The notes under the pieces were generated by a model. The model was given only the letters and a program-made list of their open reading frames with translations, was not told the origin of the DNA and did no database searches. From an uncultured Alphaproteobacteria bacterium (GTDB lineage Bacteria; Pseudomonadota; Alphaproteobacteria; HIMB59; GCA-002718135), in contig CABYRH010000002.1 in NCBI GenBank assembly GCA_902521315.1, positions 20,076 through 84,075 on the forward strand: DNA of 64,000 nucleotides, written 5' to 3'. Below, piece by piece: positions 1-7,907 of the stretch. The translations under genes and the position numbers were made by a program. Within the stretch, counting starts at the first letter, position 1. Every line of letters begins with the position of its first letter.

Positions 1-1
1 T

Positions 2-286
2 TGGGCAGACAAATGGGATCAGCAACAAGGTATTACTAATTTTATTGTTTTACCTCTTACTTTTTTATCAGGAACATTTTACTCAATTTCAAGACTTCCT
101 GAGTTTTGGCAGACAGTTTCCTCATTTAATCCATTCTTTTATAATATTGATGGTTTCAGATATGCTTTTACAGGTATTTCTGATAGCTCATTAATTCATG
201 GATCAATATTCTTAATAATTATTAATATTATATTAATTTTAATATGTTATTTTATGTTTCACAAAGGATATAAAATTAAATTTTAA
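2..286 (+). CDS. ABC-2 type transporter permease, C-terminal fragment (gene begins upstream of the window)
   Basis: Frame 2 is open from the window edge to TAA at 284-286. The translation WADKWDQQQGITNFIVLPLTFLSGTFYSISRLPEFWQTVSSFNPFFYNIDGFRYAFTG, followed by a hydrophobic terminal helix, resembles the C-terminal part of ABC-2 (YadH-type) permeases. It is absent from the ORF track because it has no start codon in the window. Confidence 0.55.
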   Translation, partial: WADKWDQQQGITNFIVLPLTFLSGTFYSISRLPEFWQTVSSFNPFFYNIDGFRYAFTGISDSSLIHGSIFLIIINIILILICYFMFHKGYKIKF

Positions 287-288
287 AT

Positions 289-1467
289 ATGGTTAGCAAA
301 CCTTTATCAAATGTTATGCCAACTTATGGCAATAAAACTCTTGAGTTTGTAAAAGGAAAAGGATGTTATTTATACACTAGTCAAAACAAAAAATATTTAG
401 ATTTTGCTAGTGGAATAGCTGTAAACTCTCTTGGTCATTGTCATCCTAAACTAATAGAGGCACTGAATAAACAATCGAAACAACTCTGGCATGTTTCAAA
501 CTTATATAAAATTAAAAAACAGGAACAATTTGCAAATTTACTTTGTAAAAATTCTTTTGCAGACAAAGTTTTTTTTACTAATTCTGGAACTGAGTCTATT
601 GAATGTGGAATTAAAATAATTAGAGGGTATCATTCATATTACAAGACTAAAAAAACAGAAATTATAACCTTTAATGGCGCATTTCATGGAAGAACTTACG
701 GCGCACTTTCAGCACAAAAAAATAAAAAATATTCCAATGGCTTTGGTCCTATGCTCAATGGCTTTAAACAAATTGAATTTAATAATGAAAAAAAATTAAT
801 ATCGGCAATAAATAGAAAAACAGCTGGTATTATAATTGAACCAATTCAAGGAGAAGGAGGTATTCGTCCAGCTCATCTAAGTTTTTTAAAATTATTAAGA
901 AAAATTTGTAACGAAAATAACATCTTACTTTTTTTTGATGAAGTTCAGTGTGGATTTGGCAGATCAGGTAAATTATTCTCACATGAATGGGCAAAAATAA
1001 AACCAGATATTATGTCTGTAGCAAAAGGTATAGGATCGGGTTTTCCGCTAGGAGCCTGCATGTCAACAAACAAAGCATGTGTCGCAATGACCAAGGGTAG
1101 TCACGGATCAACCTATGGTGGTAATCCGTTAGCTATGAGTGTTGGTTTAGAAGTTTTAAAAGTTATCTCTAATAAAACATTTCTTTCAAAGATTGATAAA
1201 ACCGCTAGATATTTTTGGAAAAATTTAAAAAAATTAGAGGATACATCTAATATTATTTCAGAGGTAAGAGGTGCAGGACTTTTATTGGGAATAAAAACCA
1301 ACATTAGCAATATAGATTTCTCTGAACAATTGAAAAAAAATAAATTACTAAATGTACCAGCTGCAGATAATATAGTAAGATTAGCCCCGCCACTTATTGT
1401 ATCTTACAAAGAAATTGATAAATCAATAACAATAATTAAAAAGAGTTTAAAAGAACTATCAAGATGA
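289..1467 (+). CDS. argD: acetylornithine aminotransferase (class III PLP aminotransferase)
   Basis: 392-aa ORF with class-III aminotransferase motifs: GIAVNSLGHCHP, TNSGTESIE, FDEVQCGFGRSGKLF, SVAKGIGSGFPLGA (PLP lysine) and GSTYGGNPLA. It has a 4-nt ATGA overlap with the downstream ornithine carbamoyltransferase gene. Confidence 0.85.
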   Translation: MVSKPLSNVMPTYGNKTLEFVKGKGCYLYTSQNKKYLDFASGIAVNSLGHCHPKLIEALNKQSKQLWHVSNLYKIKKQEQFANLLCKNSFADKVFFTNSGTESIECGIKIIRGYHSYYKTKKTEIITFNGAFHGRTYGALSAQKNKKYSNGFGPMLNGFKQIEFNNEKKLISAINRKTAGIIIEPIQGEGGIRPAHLSFLKLLRKICNENNILLFFDEVQCGFGRSGKLFSHEWAKIKPDIMSVAKGIGSGFPLGACMSTNKACVAMTKGSHGSTYGGNPLAMSVGLEVLKVISNKTFLSKIDKTARYFWKNLKKLEDTSNIISEVRGAGLLLGIKTNISNIDFSEQLKKNKLLNVPAADNIVRLAPPLIVSYKEIDKSITIIKKSLKELSR

Positions 1468-2357
1468 GACATTTTATTGATATTAATAGTTTTAAAAAAA
1501 AAGAAATTGATGAAATAATTTCACTTGCTAAAAACATCAAAAAAAACCCAAAAAAATATTCTTCATATTGTAAGGATAAAACTCTTGGCTTAATTTTTGA
1601 AAAGCAATCATTAAGAACTAGACTAAGCTTTAATGTAGGAATGCAAAAATTAGGTGGTTCTGTTTTAGAACTTCAAGGTAAAGATATTGGCTTTGATAAT
1701 AAAAGAGAAAAGGCTGAAGATGTTCTTAATGTATTAAGTCAATATATTGATTGTTTAATGATAAGAAATGATAATCACAAACAAATAGTAAATTTAGGTA
1801 AAGAGAATATTCTTCCAATTATAAACGGTTTAACTGAATATAGTCATCCGTGCCAAATACTTGGTGATTTTTTAACCTTGCAAGAGAATTTTAAAAATTA
1901 CAATAATTTAATTATTGTTTGGATAGGTGATTATAATAATGTTTTACGTTCACTTATACATCTACAAAATATTTATAAATTTAAACTTAATATTGTTGTG
2001 CCACATCAAATTTTTAAACATCATAAAAGTGAATTTCTAAAATTTAAAAATAAAAATTTAAAACATTTAGTTGATCCTATTGAAGGTGCAAAAAAATCAA
2101 ATTGTATAATGACTGATGTTTGGGTTTCTATGGGTGAAAAAAACAATAAAATAAAATATTTTAAAAATTTTACTGTTAATAAAAAAATTATGAGTAATGC
2201 ATCAAATAATGCAATTTTTATGCATTGTTTACCAGCAAAAAGAGGGAAGGAAGTAACTTCAGATGTTTTGGATGGTAAAAATTCTGTTGTATTACAACAA
2301 GCAAAAAATAGAATGTATATTCAACAAGCGATATTACTTTATGTACTTAAAAAATAG
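1464..2357 (+). CDS. argF: ornithine carbamoyltransferase
   Basis: 297 aa. Contains the carbamoyl-phosphate site SLRTRLSF, plus HPCQILGD, DVWVSMGE and FMHCLPAKRG (HCLP motif). Translationally coupled to argD. Confidence 0.9.
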   Translation: MRHFIDINSFKKKEIDEIISLAKNIKKNPKKYSSYCKDKTLGLIFEKQSLRTRLSFNVGMQKLGGSVLELQGKDIGFDNKREKAEDVLNVLSQYIDCLMIRNDNHKQIVNLGKENILPIINGLTEYSHPCQILGDFLTLQENFKNYNNLIIVWIGDYNNVLRSLIHLQNIYKFKLNIVVPHQIFKHHKSEFLKFKNKNLKHLVDPIEGAKKSNCIMTDVWVSMGEKNNKIKYFKNFTVNKKIMSNASNNAIFMHCLPAKRGKEVTSDVLDGKNSVVLQQAKNRMYIQQAILLYVLKK

Positions 2358-2913
2358 TATTATTTTAATTTTGTTTATCATACTATCTTGTCAGCCAGTT
2401 GAGATATTAAAACCAGTTGAAATTGATACGGCTAGATTCGAAAAAATATCAATAAATGCAGAACAGATTCAAGTTAATAAAAAATACAATTCAGTATTTT
2501 CAGAATCTAACATTGAAGATCAAATAAAAAAATCTCCAATTAATTTAATGACTGAATGGAATAGTCAAAACATTCTTAAATTTGGAAATGAAAACAAGTT
2601 AGTGATAAACATTTTAGATGCATCTATTAAAAAAACTGAAATAATGAATGTTGGTGCAAAAAAATATGAGGAAAGAACAATATTTAATTACGAACTATTT
2701 TATTTAGTTGAATATGAACTTTACGATAGTAGCGGTTTTTTAATAGCTAATACAACAGTAGAGACTTCAAGATCTACAACTTCTCAAAAATATATTTCCT
2801 TAAATGAAATTGAAATAATTATTAATGATTTGTTAATTTTAGCAATGAGAGATTATATAAATGAAACGAAAAACCAATTATCAATTTATATGGGAGATTA
2901 TTTAAGTATTTAA
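2341..2913 (+). CDS. hypothetical lipoprotein
   Basis: The track ORF 2263..2913 overlaps argF. The in-frame ATG at 2341 gives MYLKNSIILILFIILSC-QP, a signal peptide with a lipobox cysteine. I recognise no family. Its stop codon overlaps the trkH stop codon in the palindrome TTAA. Confidence 0.5.
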   Translation: MYLKNSIILILFIILSCQPVEILKPVEIDTARFEKISINAEQIQVNKKYNSVFSESNIEDQIKKSPINLMTEWNSQNILKFGNENKLVINILDASIKKTEIMNVGAKKYEERTIFNYELFYLVEYELYDSSGFLIANTTVETSRSTTSQKYISLNEIEIIINDLLILAMRDYINETKNQLSIYMGDYLSI

Positions 2914-4358
2914 CTTCTCCAAAAATTCATAGATAATAAAACTAATACTGTAAAAATTTCTAATCTTCCAATAATCATAGTAATTGCTAATATCCATTTG
3001 GCTCCATTATCTAGAAAAAAATAATTTCCACTAGGACCAATAATTTCACCTAAACCCGGACCAACATTAGATATTGCAGATGCTGCTGCTGAAAAGGAAG
3101 TTAAAAAATCTAAATTGAATAAGCTCAAACTTACTGCTGATAAAATAAATAAAAATATATACATAAAGAAAAAACCCATGATTGAGTTATAAGTATTTTC
3201 ATTAACTGTTTTGCCATTAAATCGCATAACCATGATTGCATGAGGTTGAGTTAATTTTCTAATTTGTGTAATTGCCCCTCTAAACAAAATTTGCAATCTA
3301 AATATTTTAATTCCACCAGTAGTAGATCCAGCACATCCACCAACAAACATAATAATCATCATTATTACAATTCCAAAACTTCCCCAATTAGAAAAATTAC
3401 TACTAGTATAGCCAGTACCAGTTAAAATTGATGTAATATTGAATAAAGCAATTCTAAAAGCAGATACTGTGTCTATAGATTTATTAGTAATTAACCAAAT
3501 TGTCGTTAATAAAATAATTATAAACAAAATTAGAAAGAATAATTTTATTTGATCGTCTTTAAATATTAATTTTCTTTGATTGTGTAGAAATTGTAAATAT
3601 AAGACAAATGGCAAACTGCCAACCAACATAAAAATAACGCTTATAATCTCAATTTGAAATGAATTAAAATATAAAAAAGATTCATTGTAATTGGAAAATC
3701 CACCAGTTGAAATTGTAGTCATTGCATGAATAATTGAATCAAAACCTTTCATTCCACTTACAAAATATAAAAAAGCACAAATAATCGATAAAAATACGTA
3801 AAGTAAAAATAACTCAATTACAAATCGATTAACTTTAGGAATAGTTTTTTCATAAGGATCATCATGTTCCATGTGTAATAGCTGCATTCCACCAATTTGT
3901 AATGTTGGCAATATAGCCATTGCAAGAACAATAATTCCTATGCCTCCAAACCATTGAAGAAGAGATCTCCAAATTAATATACCCTCTGATAAATTTTCTA
4001 AATTATTTATAACAGTTGCGCCAGTAGTAGTAATTCCACTCACAGACTCAAAAAAAGCATCTGTATATGAAAGTGAAGATGATGAATACACAAATGGAAT
4101 TCCACCAAAAATAGATATTACTAACCAAGATGAAATTGTTAACAAAAATGCTTGCCTAATTCCAAGTTTAATATTTTTTGTTCTAAATGAAAAATATAAA
4201 ATTATACCTATGAAAAATGTGATTAGACTAGAATAAAAAAACTGTAACCATTCATAATTACCATAATAAAGATCAAAGCACATGGGTATTAACATTGCCA
4301 AAGCTTCAATACATATTAGTAAACCAATTATATTTAATATCGACCTAAAGTCTCTCAT
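2910..4358 (-). CDS. trkH: Trk-type potassium uptake protein TrkH
   Basis: 482-aa polytopic membrane protein with four pore-loop-like motifs (SGITTTGAT, TISTGGFSN, LTGTGYT, GCAGSTTGGIK) typical of the TrkH/KtrB family. Confidence 0.85.
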   Translation of the reverse strand: MRDFRSILNIIGLLICIEALAMLIPMCFDLYYGNYEWLQFFYSSLITFFIGIILYFSFRTKNIKLGIRQAFLLTISSWLVISIFGGIPFVYSSSSLSYTDAFFESVSGITTTGATVINNLENLSEGILIWRSLLQWFGGIGIIVLAMAILPTLQIGGMQLLHMEHDDPYEKTIPKVNRFVIELFLLYVFLSIICAFLYFVSGMKGFDSIIHAMTTISTGGFSNYNESFLYFNSFQIEIISVIFMLVGSLPFVLYLQFLHNQRKLIFKDDQIKLFFLILFIIILLTTIWLITNKSIDTVSAFRIALFNITSILTGTGYTSSNFSNWGSFGIVIMMIIMFVGGCAGSTTGGIKIFRLQILFRGAITQIRKLTQPHAIMVMRFNGKTVNENTYNSIMGFFFMYIFLFILSAVSLSLFNLDFLTSFSAAASAISNVGPGLGEIIGPSGNYFFLDNGAKWILAITMIIGRLEIFTVLVLLSMNFWRS

Positions 4359-4371
4359 TCTTTTTTATTAA

Positions 4372-4764
4372 TTAATTTAATTCGTTATTTTCAAATGGTG
4401 TATCTAATGAAAACTGAGGAATTTGAACATTAAATGTATTCCCATTATCATTTTGCATCTCGTAAGTTCCTTCCATAAAACCAGATGAAGTAGTTAAAGG
4501 TGTTCCGCTTGTGTATTCAAATTTTTCACCAGGATTAAGTACAGGCTGTTCTCCAACAACACCTTTTCCACGTACTTCTTGTAATGTGCCATTAGCATCA
4601 ATAATTTTCCAGTGTCTGTTTACAAGTTGCACTTTTTCTTTGCCTTGATTATCAATTGTTACCTTATATGCCCATACATAATGCTGATCTTCTGGTTCAG
4701 ATTGATCTTCTAGATAATATGGTTTTACAGTAATGTTTATTTTTTTTGTTGTTTTAGAATACAT
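4372..4764 (-). CDS. apaG: ApaG (DUF525) protein
   Basis: 130 aa. The pattern ITVKPYYLEDQSEPEDQHYVWAYKVTIDNQG...VQLVNRHWKIIDANG...V.G.GVVGEQPVL.PGE.F.Y.S is the classic ApaG signature. Confidence 0.85.
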   Translation of the reverse strand: MYSKTTKKINITVKPYYLEDQSEPEDQHYVWAYKVTIDNQGKEKVQLVNRHWKIIDANGTLQEVRGKGVVGEQPVLNPGEKFEYTSGTPLTTSSGFMEGTYEMQNDNGNTFNVQIPQFSLDTPFENNELN

Positions 4765-4804
4765 TGAAGAAAGCTCAATATACCAAAATTATTATAAAAA
4801 AAAG

Positions 4805-5710
4805 TTAATTTGTTTTTTTTATTTCTACTCTTCTATTTGCCGGTTGTTTAGTGTCATCCGGAGTATTTACAGCTAAAGATTCTTCCCCTTGGCCTAAAAT
4901 TTTAATACTATTTTGATTAATTCCATAATTAATTAAAATTTCTTTTACAACTTCAGCTCTTTTAATAGATAATGATAAATTATATTTATTTGTTCCTTTA
5001 GTATCAGTATGTCCAACAACTAGATACTCATTAATAACACTTCCATAATTATTTAAAAATTTTTTTATTTTATCTTTACTTACTTCAGATAAATTGAATT
5101 TATCAAAATCAAAATATATTATTTGCATTAATTCTTTATTTTCATTTTTAGTAACAATTGTTACCTCATCTTTCGTTTCATTTTCTAAATTATTATTTTT
5201 ATTTATATTTTTCCGTTCATTTTCTTGAGTAGATATTTTTTCATAAATATTATGCATAGCATTCAAGAAATCATTCTTGCAACTATTAATATCCCATGTT
5301 TGCCAATTTTCCTCCTGTTGCTCTGACCAGCAGTCTAATGATGAGATTGCTTTTGCTAAATTAAAAGGATCAATTTTTTTAGCATCTTTATAAATTGTCA
5401 TCAGATTATCATATGCAATTCTTATTTCGTTAATATTTTCCTCTGGCAACTTCCAATATGTAATTTTTTCAGGATATATTTCATCAGTTTCTAAACTCTT
5501 GAGAGCTTTTTCAGAATATAATTTTGCTGAATTCCAATCATGCATCTCTTCTGCTTCAAAAGTAGCTCTTTTTTTGTATTCGGACAATAAGTGTTCTTGA
5601 AAGTTTCTTGGTTTATTAGTTTCCATATTAGATAGTTCTTTATAGCTAGCAGAGCAACCCGTTAAAAAAATTAGAATAGAGATAATTGATATTAAATATT
5701 TAAATTTCAT
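4805..5710 (-). CDS. OmpA-family lipoprotein (peptidoglycan-binding)
   Basis: Signal peptide with lipobox LTGC. C-terminal OmpA-like domain: YFDFDKFNLS, VVGHTDTKGTNKYNLSLSIKRAEVVKEIL, NRRVEI. Confidence 0.8.
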   Translation of the reverse strand: MKFKYLISIISILIFLTGCSASYKELSNMETNKPRNFQEHLLSEYKKRATFEAEEMHDWNSAKLYSEKALKSLETDEIYPEKITYWKLPEENINEIRIAYDNLMTIYKDAKKIDPFNLAKAISSLDCWSEQQEENWQTWDINSCKNDFLNAMHNIYEKISTQENERKNINKNNNLENETKDEVTIVTKNENKELMQIIYFDFDKFNLSEVSKDKIKKFLNNYGSVINEYLVVGHTDTKGTNKYNLSLSIKRAEVVKEILINYGINQNSIKILGQGEESLAVNTPDDTKQPANRRVEIKKTN

Positions 5711-5858
5711 AGATTTCCATTATCAAATTTTGCTGTCAAAACTAAGACTAAATTTTGACCGAATTAAGGTCCACCATTTTCTTTGTATCATATACATTTT
5801 ATTATTGCGGAGTATTTAAAGATTAAATACAGAAATATCATATTTATTTAAGGAGTTT

Positions 5859-7193
5859 ATGATGATTAAACATTCTACGTCAGTGGATCAATCGGATAGA
5901 AAGGTTCCCTACAATTTAAGACAAAGTGGTCCTACACCAGTTCAAATGCTTATTTCAACAAGAGTGAGAAAATCGCCTTATTGGCATTTGTCAATGGAGG
6001 CGGGATGTTGGAGAGCAACAGTTTATAATAGGATTTATCATCCGAGGGGTTATGTAAAACCAGAAGATGGTGGAGCAATGGTTGAGTATGAGGCAATTAA
6101 AAATCATGTTACCATGTGGAATGTTGCAGTTGAAAGACAAATTCAAGTTAAAGGGCCTGATGCTGAGGCTTTTGTTGATTATGTTATAACAAGAGATGCT
6201 ACAAAAATATCTCCAATGAGAGGAAGATATGTAATTCTTTGTAATCAATACGGCGGTGTTTTAAACGATCCTATTCTTTTAAGAATTTCAAAGGATGAAT
6301 TTTGGTTTTCTTTATCTGACTCAGATATTGGTTTGTATTTGCAAGGTGTAAATCATGATAATAGATTTAATGTCCATATTGATGAAATTGATGTAAGCCC
6401 AGTTCAAATTCAAGGACCTAAAGCGCATGCTTTGATGAATGATTTAATAGGTGATCAAGTTAAAGTTGATGAAATGCCATTTTATGGACTTGCTGCTGCT
6501 AAAGTTGGTGGAAGAGATTGCATAATTTCACAAACTGGTTTTTCTGGAGAAGCAGGATTTGAAATATATTTATATGACTCAACGAAATATGCTGATGATA
6601 TGTGGAATGCTGTTATAGAAGCAGGAAAAAAACATAATCTTATGGTTATAGCACCGGCTCATCACCGTAGAATTCAAGCTGGCATTCTATCTTGGGGTCA
6701 AGATATGGATAATCAACACAATCCTTTTCAATGTAATCTAGGTTATCAAGTATCTTTATCTGGTAAGGGTGAGTGGAATAAAACTTCTGACTATGTTGGT
6801 AAGGCTGTCCTTGAAAAGATGAAGGCTGAATTAAAAGAAGGAAAAAAACCATATAAGCTTCAGTTAGTTGGATTAACCTTAGGAGGAAAACCTATCGAAG
6901 AATATGCTCCTGATTTTTGGCTTGTTTCTGAAGATGGAAATGAACCCTGTGGATTCATAACTTCTCCTTGGTATCATCCTGAGCAAGGAAGGAACATTGC
7001 TATGGGCTATGTACCATTTGATGGAACTCTAAATAAAAATGGTTTTCCTATTGGAAATTATGGTCGCAAATTCAAGGTTCATCTACCTGATCAATATGCA
7101 GATACACCTGGTGTACCAGTAGATGCAGAAGTTGTGCCAATCCCTTTTACTGAATCACACAACTCTAATACAAGAGAAGTAGTAGATAAATAA
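5859..7193 (+). CDS. aminomethyltransferase-family (GcvT fold) protein, DmdA-like putative THF-dependent demethylase
   Basis: 444 aa. VYNRIYHP, HVTMWNVAVERQIQVKGPDA, GGVLNDPILL, EFWFSLSDSDI, DVSPVQIQGPKA and GFSGEAGFEIY match GcvT-family blocks. By eye they match DMSP demethylase DmdA best. The protein is longer than canonical DmdA or GcvT (about 365-370 aa). AAGGAG lies upstream of the start. Confidence 0.7.
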   Translation: MMIKHSTSVDQSDRKVPYNLRQSGPTPVQMLISTRVRKSPYWHLSMEAGCWRATVYNRIYHPRGYVKPEDGGAMVEYEAIKNHVTMWNVAVERQIQVKGPDAEAFVDYVITRDATKISPMRGRYVILCNQYGGVLNDPILLRISKDEFWFSLSDSDIGLYLQGVNHDNRFNVHIDEIDVSPVQIQGPKAHALMNDLIGDQVKVDEMPFYGLAAAKVGGRDCIISQTGFSGEAGFEIYLYDSTKYADDMWNAVIEAGKKHNLMVIAPAHHRRIQAGILSWGQDMDNQHNPFQCNLGYQVSLSGKGEWNKTSDYVGKAVLEKMKAELKEGKKPYKLQLVGLTLGGKPIEEYAPDFWLVSEDGNEPCGFITSPWYHPEQGRNIAMGYVPFDGTLNKNGFPIGNYGRKFKVHLPDQYADTPGVPVDAEVVPIPFTESHNSNTREVVDK

Positions 7194-7201
7194 AATATTT
7201 T

Positions 7202-7239
7202 AAGAAGCTCTATTTAATAAGATAGAGCTTCTTTATTTT
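7202..7239. terminator. rho-independent terminator hairpin between convergent genes
   Basis: Perfect 12-bp inverted repeat AAGAAGCTCTAT (7202-7213) / ATAGAGCTTCTT (7222-7233) with an 8-nt loop, followed by TATTTTA on the + strand. It sits between the stop at 7193 and the minus-strand stop at 7233-7235. The U-tract is better for the + strand transcript. Confidence 0.7.
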
Positions 7240-7853
7240 AATAAAGCTCTAATTCTATCAATAGAGATATAACCAACAACAAGTTCTTCATTGACAAAAA
7301 AAGTAGGAGTACCTCGAGCACCTGATCCATTAGCTAAAAAAGAACTCAGTCTTACGATATTATTAACACTTTCTTTTGTCATATCGATATTTAATTTAGC
7401 ATCATTTAACTCAAGATTTTCAATTATTTGTTTTAGTTTTGCATTATTTAAATTTCCTTCAACTTCAAACAATGCATTATGAAAATCGATACCTTTGTTC
7501 TGCATGTTTGCAGCTATAACCATATTTGATAGTAATTTAGAAGACTCACTTAAAATTGGATGTTGTAAGAATACTATTCGTGTATCTTTTCTTTCATTTG
7601 CAATCTGAAGTAATTCAGGATGAACTTTTTTACAATATCCGCAAAAATAATCCATAAATTCAATAATGGTATTGTTTGCATTTTCATTACCAATTTGAAC
7701 AATTCCCTCTTCAGGAATAACATCTAAAATTTTTAGATGAAAAGGCTTAGACTCATCAAAAAACAATTCTTTAAGAGTCATTTCAGCCTTTATAGGAAGA
7801 CAAATAAACGCACTCATTATAACCACCAAAATTATTTTTTTAAAGTATCTCAT
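7233..7853 (-). CDS. DsbA-like thiol:disulfide oxidoreductase (periplasmic thioredoxin fold)
   Basis: 206 aa with an N-terminal signal peptide, the CxxC active site in FCGYCKK, and a C-terminal GTPTFFVN motif typical of DsbA-family proteins. Confidence 0.75.
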   Translation of the reverse strand: MRYFKKIILVVIMSAFICLPIKAEMTLKELFFDESKPFHLKILDVIPEEGIVQIGNENANNTIIEFMDYFCGYCKKVHPELLQIANERKDTRIVFLQHPILSESSKLLSNMVIAANMQNKGIDFHNALFEVEGNLNNAKLKQIIENLELNDAKLNIDMTKESVNNIVRLSSFLANGSGARGTPTFFVNEELVVGYISIDRIRALLK

Positions 7854-7907
7854 GATTGACCCACCTTATTTAATATGATTAATGAAGTACAGTATTAATT
7901 AGTAATA

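Noticed and set aside
1113-1310. Short antisense or alternative-frame ORFs from the six-frame track that lie wholly inside longer, well-supported genes. They are 1113-1310, 5991-6248, 6646-6852, 7291-7482, 8566-8826, 10351-10551, 10758-11036, 11700-11885, 12094-12348, 14060-14317, 15946-16293, 16736-16975, 18336-18581, 19482-19664, 20111-20335, 20493-20705, 21544-21765, 23923-24135, 24384-24608, 25991-26206, 29034-29237, 31249-31470, 40869-41099, 41312-41515, 43545-43769, 46226-46435, 47467-47688, 50377-50667, 50658-50885, 54610-54792, 56184-56372, 56612-56872, 56941-57135, 59053-59310 and 61934-62170.
   Set aside because: Each is embedded in a gene with strong family motifs. They are 60-115 aa, have low-complexity or hydrophobic junk-like composition, and match no recognisable family. 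They are the expected by-products of codon-biased coding DNA on the opposite strand or in another frame.
2263-2340. Upstream part of the 2263-2913 ORF, overlapping argF in another frame.
   Set aside because: The lipoprotein signal peptide starts at the internal ATG at 2341. The upstream 26 codons are simply open frame inside argF.
5711-5858. Possible glycine riboswitch or tRNA in the largest intergenic gaps (5711-5858, 22647-22739, 42579-42679, 37900-37978, 35842-35926, 43202-43278).
   Set aside because: None contains the GGAGAG...CCGAAGGRGCAA glycine-aptamer cores; the only near match is ACCGAATTAAGG. I also see no cloverleaf-compatible GC-rich arms or a GTTCRANNC T-loop. I cannot run covariance models, so weakly conserved RNAs are not excluded.
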